NCBI GenBank assembly: GCA_038087875.1
Contig: JAXLNO010000033.1
Location: 186,001 to 250,000 of the forward strand
From: Malacoraja senta
Taxonomy: Eukaryota
DNA: 64,000 nt
Direction of reading: 5' to 3'
Shown here: positions 49,462-61,990 of the stretch, piece by piece
How the letters are laid out: each line of letters starts with the position of its first letter
How positions within the stretch are numbered: the stretch's first letter is position 1
The notes under the pieces: generated by a model
Database searches by the model: none
What the model was told of the DNA's origin: nothing
Seen by the model: the letters and a program-made list of their open reading frames with translations, nothing else
Position numbers and translations under genes: made by a program

Positions 49462-51064
49462 GTAAGCCCTTTGTTATTCGGTACCCAGGTTTCGCTCTCT
49501 CGCCTTTACTGGTGAAACAATCTGTGCTATTAATTATTGCTTGAGTTACAGATCCAGCATTTTGCGGCTCATATTTACCGGTTCCATCCGTCGCACACTG
49601 AATTAAGATACCCACACATGTACGATACCAATCTGTAGCTGTTGCGGATGTTTCTGACACCATTATCGCTGTGGAAAAAAACAGGACTGTAATTATACTT
49701 CATCGCCAAATCGAAGTGGATAGATAGCGAATGCAGTGAATGCTGCCCCTGTGAAAGGGAGGGCGGCAAGTTCGGTCAATCTGGTCTTTGTCACGACCAA
49801 CTGCAATCGGATACACCGGCTGATTTTCCGTTAACATGCTCTTCTCAATTTACTCCAAGTTTTGCCATGACCCGATGCACTGGCGAGAAATTATGTGGAC
49901 AGGTAACCTACCAGCCAGCGGTGTATCGCAAGTAGGACAACAGAGAACCGTGCCGCACATAAGCGGAGCTCGGAGAGCTGCTGCCTTACAGCGCAAGAGA
50001 GCCGGTTTGATCCTGACCTGGGATCCTGTGTGGAATTTGCACGTGATCTCGGCTGATTGCGTTGATTCAACTGTCGGCTCTGGCTCCTTCCACATCCCAA
50101 AGCTCCGGACGCTCTAGATTTCTCTCACAGCCCGTCCTGGTTTGTAGGTGAACTGGATTTTATAATTTGCTTCCAGTGTGCAGGGAGTGGATGCGAATGT
50201 TGGATAACATAGAACCAGTGTGAACGGGTGATAGATGATCTGCACGACTCGGTGTGCCGGGGACCTGTTACCAAGCTGCATCAACCAATCCATCAAACAA
50301 TGACCCAGGGAGTTGAACCTACGCCAGCGCAGGGAGAAGGTGCAAACAGCACTAGTGACCAGTGTCGATTCTAGGTCGCTCAGCTGTCAGGCAGCAGTGC
50401 GCCTGCTGTCAATTTGCCTTGAGGGAAATGGGCGATAAAAATCTTTATTACGCAAGCGTATTCGGAAATATAGTTTAGCAGAGGCGTGAATTGGATGCAG
50501 TATTTGCATTCATATGTGTATCGCGAAATCAATCTGCTGGTGAGCAACGCGAGTGTGGCCACGCCTCACCGCGGAAATGTGTACAGAACTTCTCGATGCG
50601 ATTTATGTTTACACGCAATATTTGTCAACTGCGGTAATCATCAAACTGGTCTTGTTTTTATGTTGATGCTGCATTCTGCCTGCAGATGGAAGGTTATATC
50701 ATAAGGTTTGGCGCTGGACTGTGATGAGCAAATCGGCCAATATTCTTTACTCTGCACATTCCTTTGTGGTCAGGTGAATGGAATCCACGATAGATATGTA
50801 TCAACTATAGCTGTCAAACCTCTTAATAATCGTTCTGCGATAGGCCGCGAGTCCAGTCATGGCCTTGGCCACTGCATTTTATTTACTATTAGTTTGCGAA
50901 ATCCATCTTTCAGATGTCCTTTTCATAATCAGAGATGTGTGGGCGACACGAGTACAAGGGGTAGGTGACAGTCTGATATAATCCATTCACCTTCGTAGAA
51001 CTGTCAAACTGATGTTCTTCTGGAATAGTGAATGTTGGTGATTTTAATTTCGTCTTTCCTACAG

Positions 51065-51978
51065 CTAATCTGATGGCAATCGTAATTCTCTCCCGGGGAA
51101 AGTGTGGACTCTCTAAATGTATCTCCCGCTATCTGGTATCCATGGCCGTGGCTGATTTAATGGTTCTGATCTTCGAGGTAATTCTATCCGAGATTTCAGA
51201 TGGTTATTTTCCTTATTCATTCCTGAACTTAACTCAAATTTGTAAGCTGAATATTGTCTTTAATTTTATTTGCATCGATTGCTCTGTCTGGTTAACGGTG
51301 ACCTTCACCTTCGATCGATTTGTCACTATATGTACTCAGAATTTACGAACAAAATATTGCACCGACAGAACTGCGGCTCTGGTGATAGCGCTGACATGTA
51401 TCTTTTGTATTATTGAAAATATACCTGTATATTTTGCCTACGTACCTCGAGAAATAATTGACAAAGTGGGCTGGTCCTGTAGCATAACCCCAGACTTCTA
51501 CACCTCACAGTTTTGGGCAGCACTTTTTTCCATCGAAATCATTGTAACCCCATTTTTACCCATTTTGCTGATCATCCTCCTCAACTCCCTGACAATCAGG
51601 CACATTATACACGCTAACAGAGTGAGGAGCGGTCTCCGAGGGAAAACGAAGGGCGAGGGCGGCACGGATCAAGAGGTGGAGAGCAGAAGGAAGTCCATCA
51701 TTCTATTGCTGGCCATATCCGGTAGCTTCGTCCTACTGTGGATGGTAAACTTCGTGTGCCTCTTGAGTGTGTACTTCCTCGACGTGGAGCTTTCATCAAC
51801 AGATAACAACGACCCATTTACCATTGCGGAACTGTCCGGATTTATGCTGAGGTCTCTGAGTGCTTGCATCAATACGTTTATTTATGGGGTGTCTCAGAAA
51901 AAATTCAGGGAGGAATTTATAAATGTGATTAAGAGCCCATTCGTTTTAATTTCCAATTCAATAAAGTGTTTGTTGTGA
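51065..51978 (+). CDS. GPR139/GPR142-like class A GPCR, gene E, coding exon 2 (spliced protein 327 aa)
   Basis: Acceptor tttcctacAG|ctaat at 51064/51065, open to TGA at 51978. Carries MAVAD, DRF, FVLLW, NTFIY and KFREE. Confidence 0.93.
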
Positions 51979-53559
51979 TATAAGTGTTCAAAGTGAAAAC
52001 TCGTTTCTAAATTACGTTGCCTTCTACATTATATCATTGCACCTGACTTTCCTAGATACCATTTGCACCATCGGGTCAATACCGGGCGTCAGGGTAATGT
52101 CTGCATTCCCTTTCCCCTCTGCAAGCCCATTACATTTATTCCCTAATGAGTCACTCAAATGCCCACTATTAAATCAGCAGCCCAGATGCATCAGTGCAGT
52201 ATTATAGAGGCAATTTGCCCAGTCAACTACTTGCGTCTTTGGGGCGTGGAAAGTAACTGGAGTCCCCAAGGGAATTCCCCGCGGTGGCAGGGAGAACATG
52301 AGAAATCCACACAGCATCAGTGAACAGGATCGGAAGGAGGAGTCTGTAGGTGCATCGTTTACAGGCAGATGTCGTTCATCGACAAGTATGGCATTGTGTG
52401 TTAACTAGAACACTTTTATTGTACAGCCGTCAAATTATGAACACAGATATCGTACTAGAATTGGATATAAACCTAGTTTAGCAACGGTTAAATTACTGTA
52501 CTTTAACACAACGACCCGTAGATACGTATTTACCAAAAAGACACAAAGTGTTGGAGTAACACAGCAGGTCAGGCAGCAGGTCGGGAACAGAGATGGGTGA
52601 CGTAATAACAAGGAACTGCTGGTGCTGGTTTATAACGAATGTCGATACAAAACGCTGATGTAAATAAGCGGATAAGGCAGCAATGTTGGAGAACATGCAA
52701 GGGCGAAAGGATCCCTTTTTCAGACTAAGGAAGGGTTCCGACCCGCAACGTCGCCCCTCCATGTTCTCCAGGGAAGCTCTCTGCTGCGATGAGTTGCTCA
52801 GTATTTAGTGTCTATCGATAAAGAGGTGACGTTTCTGGTCGGGAGAATTCTTCACATACAGTAAAGTTCCGTGTGCAGCTCTGGTGAGCATGTTACGCAC
52901 AGTATTTGCGAGCAGCAGAGGTGATGCTCAACAAGATGAATTTCAGCAATCTATATATTGAATTACAATCTGCATGCAGTGACAAAGTGCCAATTTCAGC
53001 CCAAGAAAGCTGCCACGATTGCTGTCTCGCAACGCGAAATATCCCGGTTCGATTCTGAGCTTGTGTGCAGTCGTTGTAGAACTTACGTTATTCCTGATAC
53101 GTCGTGTATTTGCTCAATGTGCCCCAGTTCCCTCCCACATTCTAAAGTTGTGTGGGTTTTATGGGCGTCTGTAAATTGTCCAAATTTTGTCGGGATTGGA
53201 CTAGAAAGTGGACTAACGTAGAACTAAACACACTCTGAGGCCCTCACCGTCGAAGCTGCAGCCGGCGTCAGACACCACTCCCAGGCCGAACCTCCTGACG
53301 GTGAAGCTCCACCTACCCGCACAGCTTCCCCCGTCGATCCCACTGTGGCTGTCGACGCCACTGACGACCTTACCCCCACACTCCGTCCGCCGGCGGGCCG
53401 GTGCCATTGACTCCACCGTTCCTTCCCTCACAACCGGACACTGGCGGGCCGGATCTGTCGGCTCACATCGGTTCCAGGCCCTGTTCCATGCAGAGGGCTC
53501 CATGATGCCGGACCCAACAACTTCGCGTTCATCAGATCATTAGTTCATAAGTGCTAGGA

Positions 53560-53925
53560 GCTGAATCAGGCCATTCGGCCCATCAGGTCCACTCCGTCGT
53601 TCAATTATGGCTGATCTAGCATTCCCTCCCAATCCCCATTTTTCTGCATTCTCCTCATAACCATTGACACCCGTACTAATCATGAATCTATTTATATATG
53701 CCTTAAAAATATCCATTGACGGTCTCCATAGGCTTCTGGGGGCAATGAATTCCACAGATTCTCCACCCTCTGACTAAAGAAATTCCACCTCATCTACTTC
53801 TTAATGGAACGTCCTTTAACTCCGAGGCTTTGCCCTCGTGGAAATAGCCACTTCACATCCACTCTATGCAGGCCTTTCACTATTCGGTAAGTATCAAAGA
53901 GGTCCCCCTCATCCTTCTAAACCCC
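53560..53925 (-). mobile_element. CR1 3' end remnant
   Basis: Same 3'UTR as the CR1 at 333-1090 (ggccattcggccc..ttcaat.atggctgatc), with deletions. Confidence 0.7.
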
Positions 53926-53939
53926 TGTCCCGATTCCCA

Positions 53940-55920
53940 GTAGGGAAGCTCAATAATGGCACCACCCTTACACTAGTCTCATACTCTCAGCCCCCATCGT
54001 CTCCTCATTGGACTTCACACGAGCATCCCTGGATCCCTCTTCCCTTTTACACTCAACCCTAACCATTGTCGTGTTTTCACCATCTCCCCTGGCCCCCCGC
54101 TTTAAGATGGAGTAATGCGTCGGTTCTCAACAGAAGCGTCATCTTCATACCCCTGCACCTACATGTCAATGAAATCCCCCACTCCCTACCCCAACCCGTA
54201 GCTCCGCCATAATGTAGAGCACTTCTTCCGCTTCCCCGTCATCTGATCTTTTCTATAGGAAGGGGGTTTTGCATTCCAGTAATTACACATTTTCCCGTCT
54301 CCAAATTTCCCCTCCACTTGGCCTCATCCTGCCGGCCGTCATCCCACTGGACTATGTTACTTCGAACTGCCGTCGCGACATCAACCGTTTTGAAATCTCT
54401 ACTACCCTGACCCACGCTGATCTCACCCGTCGCAACGCACAGCCGTCCTGTCCTTCAATAGGAATCCGGACATTGTTATTAAACCCGCCGACAAGGGAGA
54501 TGCGGTTGTTGAATGGCGGGCTGACCACTATTGTGGGATTCCAGGCACCAGGTTTCGGACACCTCTTCATTCCCGCCCCTCGACTAGTTCAATTTAATTT
54601 ATTGTCACGTTTACCGAGGTACAGTGAAAAGCTTTTGTTGCCTGCTAACCAGTCAGGAGAAAGACAATGCCTAATCAATTTACAGTGTTTCTAACATGAT
54701 CAGAGAATATCGTTTAGTGCAATGTGGAGCTAGCAAAGTCGGATCAAGGATAGCCGGAGAATCAAAGTGATAGGTAGTAGTTTAATATTGCTCTCCCGTT
54801 GTGGGAGATTGGTTCAGTTGCCTGAATATAGTGGAGTGCGTGTTGGACACTTCTATACCTTTTACCTGATGGGAAAGGTATCATTTGCCTATGACCACAG
54901 AGACGATCACCAGGCCATCCTCTCCCAGACTGTTTCTGATCTCACCGCCTCTGACGATCTGCTATCCATAACCTCCAACGTGTTCCACAATGCTCGCTTC
55001 CATCACCACCCAAAAATCTACAATGCAGGCTGGCCTGGCAGACCCATTGTTTCTGCCTGCTCCTGTCCCGCTGAACTCATCTCCACTTTCCTCGATTCCA
55101 TCCCATCCCTCCTTGTCCGTTGCATTCCCACCTACGCCAAAGGCAACTCAGGCACCCTTTATTTCTTCAATAACTTTCAGCTGCTAGACATCCGATGCAA
55201 ATTTTTACCATGCACGTCCAGTCCCTTCCGTCCTCCATCCTTCACTTGGTCTCAAGGCCCTCCAGTTCATCCTCGATCAGAGACCCATTCAATGTCCCTC
55301 TATTAACAATCTTCCACGCTGGCGGAATTTCTCCGCGCCCTGGCCAACTTTGGACTCCTCTCACTCTGTCCACGTGGAGCGTGTACTCAATGCGTGAATG
55401 GATGCCATGTACATTCGAATGGGCACCAGCTATGTCTGCCTTTTTTTCGGTTACGTTCGACATTTCTTGTTGCATTTGTACTCTGGCCCCATCCGCCAAC
55501 CCTTTTACCGCTGTATTTATGTCTGCATCGGGACTGCCGACTGCATCCGTGAAGGTTTCGTTGATTTCATTCCCTTTACCACTAAGATCCACCGTCCCTC
55601 AAATTCATCTGGATTATCTCTGCCACTTATTTCCCCTTTACTTGTTATTTTATCTCCATCAGAGGGGAGAGACTAACGATTGATGTTTACTGAAGACCTC
55701 ACGAGTGCCACGTTTATCCAGACTACCCTTTCTCCCACACTGCCTCTTGCAAGGACGTTATCCTCTACACTCCGTCTCCGCCACATCTGCTCCCAGGATG
55801 AGGCTTTCTAGTTGAGGACTCCCAAGTTTGTCCTCATTCTTCAGTGGACGTGGTTACCCCGCTGATGTCATAAATTGGTCCCCCCACTCACGTCTCATCT
55901 GCGACCCGCATTTCTACTCT
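53940..55920 (+). mobile_element. Penelope-like element RT remnant (interrupted at ~54585-54880)
   Basis: Fragments ..NCRRDIN.., ..PKIYNAGWPGRPIVSACSCPAELIS.FLDSI.S.LV..IPTY.. and ..MGTSY.CLFFGYV.., typical of PLE RT. Confidence 0.8.
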
Positions 55921-57157
55921 GCTCTGGATTGCTGAAGAACAGCACATGTGATATAGTTATGCAAGTGTAACAGCAGGGACGAGTCAGATATCAGTGACAG
56001 TGACGTTATTGGATCGGATCGAAGAAGATGTGTGTTGATTACATTGATGGAAAGATGAAGCGTAGAAACAGTCCCACCGAGTCCACGCCATCTATCGGCC
56101 ATTTACCGTAGTTCTAAAGGAGAGCGCTCTGATGGGCAATTTACGGACGCCGATTAACGTCTCCAGCAGCTGTGGCACAGAGCCGTCCACTTGGAAAGTC
56201 AGGATTACTTAGACAAAGGCAGTCGCTTTTTGCAGAAGATTATGTTTGACTTTTTTATTTCACTCTTTCAGAGGCAATGAGGCATTGATGACACAGTGTA
56301 CATGATGTAATTGGCATAAACTTAAGGAAAGCCTTTGGCCAGCTCCCATAGTTACAGTTCACAAAGCTGGATGCTGCGGGATGAAGACTTCGAAAGTTGG
56401 ATGCAGAATTGGCCTGGAAAACTCCGGCGAAGGTTAAAATAATTCGGGTGTGGGGGTGGGGAGGAGGTACAAGGAGGAAGACAACAAGGATACTTTGTTC
56501 ATTGAAGCATTATGACAACAAATAAAATCCACATGTAATCATTGTATCATCAGTTGTAAAAAAAACTGTCGGTGCTGTGAGTGATTGAGCTCTGGGTTCT
56601 TTCAGAGTTTTTCGCAGTAGAAACTATTAAGATCTTGAATAAACTGACGTTTGAAAAACTCGCCACTGCTCGTTGAGATGTCTTCGTATGTCTGCCGTTC
56701 TGAGCTGTCACTAACAGGACAAGTGGGTCCCAGGTGAAAGTGAGATGCAAGGTGCAGGTTAAAGAGAAAATTCCCTAAAAACATCTCCTTAGAGTTGATA
56801 ACCACTAATCCGGGCAGCGTTCTGGCAAAACTCTCCTGCAGCTTCCTCATTCCCTGCCAGTAGTCCCTGTAATTGAACTTCCATACCTATACGCAAAACA
56901 AAAACGAACTGAGGACGCCGTATGCTTATTAATCTTTCCAAAGTACATAACTTCACAATTATCTGGATTAAATTGCATCTACCATTGCTCAGGCATTTTA
57001 ACCAAATATCATATTGCAGCCAATAATTATCTTCCTCACTGTGAACAATACCATGATTTTTTAGACATCTGGAGACTAATGTGGGTCATATCCCACATTG
57101 CGCAAACGCCAAGCATACAATCAATAAGGTTACGGGAGAACGTGCAAACTCCGTAAA

Positions 57158-57158
57158 G

Positions 57159-57193
<35 letters not shown>

Positions 57194-59299
57194 TTTTATT
57201 GTCATTGCACGTCAGTGCAACGAGATTTAGTATGCAGCTCCACCGATGTACAGGAAAAGTAAAATAAATAAATAAGCAAGCAAGTTGAGTGACGTGACCA
57301 TCCGAGGGAGACTGTCCGGGGGGGGGGGGGGGGGTGGGTGGGGGGGGGGGGCACTCAGCAGGGCCGGTTCAGAGCCGCAATAGCTCTTGGAATAAAGCTG
57401 TTTCTGAGTCTGGAGGTTCGGCGTAGAAGGCCTTGTCTTCCGGAGGGAAGTAGTTCAAGCAGCCCGTTACAAGGGTGTGATGAGTCCTTATGGATGCTGA
57501 CGGCCTTCCTGAGGCACCGTGTGTGGTAGATGCCCTCCAAGGCTGGTAGCTCTGTCCCAATGATCCTCTGCGCTCTGTGAACGACGCGCTGAAGAGCTCT
57601 CCTCTCCGCCTCCGTGCAGCTGAGATACCACACAGAGATGCCATACGTTAATATGCTCTCTGTGGTGCAGCGGTAGAACGTTGTCAGCAGCTGTTGGGGC
57701 AGACCAGTATTTTTTAATGTCCTCAGGAAGAACAGTCGTTGCTGTGCCTTCTTGACCAGCGCAGCGGTGTTGGTGGACCATGTGAGGTCCTCTGAAATAT
57801 GAGTGCCCAGAATCTTAAAGCTGGACACTCTCTCCACACTTTCCCCGTAAATGGAGATTGGGGCGTATTCTCCATTATGGGACCTCCTGAAGTCAATAAT
57901 CAGCTCCTTGGTCTTGGAGGTGTTTAGTGACAAGTTGTTATGAGTGCACCAGTCCGCCAGGTTCTGCACCTCCGCTCTGTATTTTGTTTCATCACCGTTG
58001 GTGATCAGCCCAATCACTGTTGTGTCGTCTGCAAACTTCACGATGGTGTTGGTGTCGAATGCAGGGACACAGTCGTGAGTGAAGAGGGTGTAGAGCATGG
58101 GGCTTAGTACACAGCCCTGTGGTGTGCCGGTGCTCAGGGTGATAGTGGAGGACAGGTGCGGGCCCAGTCTCACTGCCTGCGGTCGCTCCGTTAGAAAGTT
58201 CAGGATCCAATCGCATATCGGCGAGCTGAGGCCTAGCTGGTGGAGTTTGGTGGTGAGCTTGGTGGGGATGACCGTATTGAATGCAGAGCTATAGTCAATG
58301 AAGAGCATCCTCACATACTTGCCTTGTCTGTCCAGGTGAGTCAGGACAGTGTGAAGAGCCAGAGAGATGGCATCCTCTGTTGATCTATTTGCCCTGTATG
58401 CAAATTGATGGGAGTCCAGTGAGGCAGGGATGCTGGATTTGATATGGGAGAGGACCAGCCTTTCGACGCACTTCATTGGGATTGGAGTTAGAGCAACCGG
58501 GCGGTAGTCGTTCAGGTTGGTGACTTTGGACTTTTTCGGCACCGGCACTATGGTGGCTGTTTTCAGGCACTTGGGGACCGTTGCCAGGGATAGAGACAGA
58601 TTGAAGATTCTCGTGAATACCTCCGCCAGCTGTACAGCACAGTCCTTGAGTACCATTCCCTGGATTCCATCCGGGCCTGCAGCCTTGCTTGGATTGATCC
58701 TACGCAGAGCGCACAGTACCTCCTGGGTGCTCAGTGTTAAGGCCTGTCCCTCCGCCATGGCCTGGGTTATTCCACTCCTGGTGGTGTTGCCAGTTTCGAA
58801 CCGGGCAAAGAAGGTGTTTAGTTCGTTGGCCAGTGTGATATCACCGTGGGGGCAGGCGGGACTGCTCTTGTAGTCGGTGATGTCCCTGCCACCCTGCCAC
58901 ATGCTTCTGGTGTCCGCGGTGTTGAAGTGGTCTTCTACCCTTTGCCTGTGGACGTCTTTGGCCTTTTTTATGCCTCTGTTCAGGTTCGACCTGGCCGCAC
59001 TGTAAGCAGAAGTGTCCCTGGATTTAAAGGCATTGTTGCGTGCCCTTAGCATATCCTGAACCTCCTTGTTCATCCAGGGTTTCCGGTTTGGGAACATCTT
59101 TATTTGCTTGTCCACTGTGACAGTGTCCACACAGCAGTTGATGTAGTAGAGCACAGTGGATGTGTACTCCTCCAAGTCTACCTCTGCACCACTTGCAGCC
59201 TGTTGTGCAAACAGGTCCCAGTCGGTGCGATCAAAGCAGTCCTGGAGTTGTAGGGTGGCGTCCTCGGGCCATATTTTGACCGTCCTTATTGCAGGTTTG
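57158..59299 (-). mobile_element. Rex1/Babar-type LINE, 5'-truncated, with an open RT frame, inserted in a V-SINE
   Basis: ORF 57355..59469(-) contains KAAGPDG, NDYRPVALT, QFAYR, FIDYSSAFNT, GTPQGCVLSP and KFADDT. (ATT)n tail at 57158-57192. SINE halves lie at ~57125-57157 and ~59300-59395. Confidence 0.94.
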
Positions 59300-59528
59300 G
59301 TAGTAAGGATAGAACCCAGTACATCTGTAGTAGGGATAGAACCCGGTTCGCTGGCCCTGTAAGGCAGTAGCTCTACCGCTACGACACCGTGTCGGCCGTG
59401 GGATAACATAGATCTAGTGTTACTATGATACCACATTTTCTGGATTTCTTTCTGCGTATTTGAACACATGTTCTCATTTTACGCACAGATTGCATAACGC
59501 ATATATTGTCCCTGTCCCAGTCATAATT

Positions 59529-59698
<170 letters not shown>

Positions 59699-60361
59699 TA
59701 TAGCGAATTACATATATCCTCAGTATCTCGAAAAAACATTTCAAAGATCTAATAGATTGTCGTCACTAATATTATGGCAGAAATAAATCACAACGGAACG
59801 AACATTTAAATAGGTCTGCTTATCATTGAATTGGAATAAGTAATAAATACATTTAATATATTGGAATATATTGCAGACGCCACCAAATTGCTCACGTAGA
59901 ACCGAGATATTCATAATTTGTAAAGTAATGTTTTACATTTCCGTTGAAAACATAAACAATATCTCGTCACATCCCCAGCCAAAACGATCGATGTACGATG
60001 ACGAGATCAATTTATCTACTCTTTAAGATAATACTGTCAGACAACATGTTACTTGAAAGCACACGATGCCTCAAATGAAATGTCGGGCCTTACACTAAAT
60101 AAAATTCAGAATGGCAAACCTCAGAGAAAAGTGCAAAGTCATTACTGAATTCGCTTTCACCGAGGCCACAGCTGACAATGGCCTCTTCCCTTCATCATCC
60201 TTATTTGTTTGCATATCTTTCCTTCATTTGATCTATCTCTCCTTCCTAACATCATTCTCCCGCCTCCTCCCCTTATCTCCTGACACCCGTACTAATCAAG
60301 AAATAACTACATAGGACTCAGGTTGCCTATACCTAATATACTAAGCCAATATGTATTAATT

Positions 60362-60683
60362 TAAGTTAGCTTAGTTTAGAGATACAGCGCGGAAACTGTC
60401 CTTTCGGCCTACCCAGTCCGTGCCGACCAGTGAACCCCGCACATTAACACTATCCTGCACAAACAAGGGACAATTTTACATTTATTCACTTATACCATCC
60501 CAATTAACCTACAAACCCTTACATCTTTGGAATATGGGAGGAAACTGGACATCCCGGAGAGAACCTATGCAGATTACGGGAAGAACGAACATCCTCCGAA
60601 CAGGCAGCAGGCGTAGTCGGGATCGAACCCGGGTCTCCGTTTCTGTAAGGAAACAACCTTATCGCTGCGCCACCGTGGCGCCC
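60362..60683 (-). mobile_element. tRNA-derived V-SINE (HE1-like), near full length
   Basis: Minus strand reads ggcgccacggtggcgcagcg..gacccgggttcgatccc (A and B boxes), then a V-domain-like core and a (CTAAA)-like tail. Confidence 0.82.
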
Positions 60684-60959
60684 TAGTTCATGATTCAAAT
60701 CTAAGTCACGAGGCCTCCAGGACCTTATGGAAGACGAGATCCATGTATGGAGTAAGCAGCGTCCATATCTATTGCAATTGGCTAGCTCTGTCCCGATGAT
60801 ATATATGCGGTACAAATGAAAAAGTGAAATATGCAGTGAGATCATATAGTCCACTTGCCACAGAACAAAGATACCCGAAACTGATTAATCCGGGACTAGG
60901 TGGACGTTAACCAAAGAAGGATAATTCTATTACACGGGAATATACTGAATAAAGGGTAA

Positions 60960-61990
60960 TTTCGTTGAGGCTTTATGCCAAGTTTGCATATAATACGAAA
61001 ATACGCGAAGGACTTAGACGGGTTGGGAGAGTGTGCAGAGAAATGCCAGATGGAATACATAGCAAAGTGTGGAGTCATGCATTTTGGTAAATGCGTTGAC
61101 TATTTTCTAAATGGGGAGAGAGTCCAGAAATCGGAGGTGTGAAGGGACTTGGGAGTGCTGGTGCACGATACACAAAATGTGAATTTGCAAGTCGAATCGG
61201 CAGTAAGGAAAGCAAATGCAATGCTAGCATTTATTTCAAGAGGAATGAAATATAAAAACAGGGATATACTGCTGAGGCTTTATAAGGCGCTAGTTACGCT
61301 GCATTTGTACTGGAGAGGGTCCAGAGGAGGTTTATGAAAATTGATACAGGAATTAGTGGGATAACGTAGGACAAGCGTCTGTCGGCACTGGGCCACTGCT
61401 AACTGGAGGTTACAAGGATGAGGGAGGCCCTCACCATCTTCCAGTCCCGCCTCAAGACCCATCTCTTCACCTCTGCATACCCTTAGTCCCATGTCCCCCT
61501 CCCCTTTGCATCTCTGTCTTACTGCTCTATTTTGTTTTGTTTATTCTTGACTCTCAATGTAAAGCGACTTTGAGTCCTGAAAAGCGCTATTAAATAAAAT
61601 GTATTATTATTATTATTATTATTGTAACTTAGCGAATAGTGAAAGGCCTGGATTGAGTGGATGTGAAGAGGATGTTTCCACTAGTGGATGAGACGAGGGC
61701 CAGAGGTCACAGCCTCAGAATTAAAGCACGTTCCTTTAGGAAGGTAATGAGGAGGGTTGTTTCTCGTAAAAGGGTGGTGAATCAGTGGGATTCATTGCCA
61801 GAGAAGGATGTGCAGGACGTCAATAATTATTTTCAAGGCAGAGATAGATAGATTCTTGGTTAGTACAGATGTCAGGGAGTTTATGGGGAGAACGCAAGAA
61901 AATGGGATTTGGATGGACAAATAGATTAGCTAATATTAAATGGCGGAGTATATTTGATGGGCCAAATGGCCTAATTCCCTCATGAACTTA
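60960..61990 (+). mobile_element. Degraded CR1 3' region interrupted by an L2 3' end (~61425-61623)
   Basis: CR1 motifs (LGVLVH..KANAMLAFISRG..RLYKALV; RGHSLRI). The L2 piece reads cgcctcaagacccatctcttc..tgtaaagcgactttgag..aaagcgctattaaataaaatg(tat)n. Confidence 0.75.

Noticed and set aside
60610..60683. tRNA-like A/B boxes (also at ~5830-5897, ~25410-25470 and ~42955-43010)
   Set aside because: They are SINE heads continuing into V-SINE bodies, not complete cloverleaf tRNA genes.
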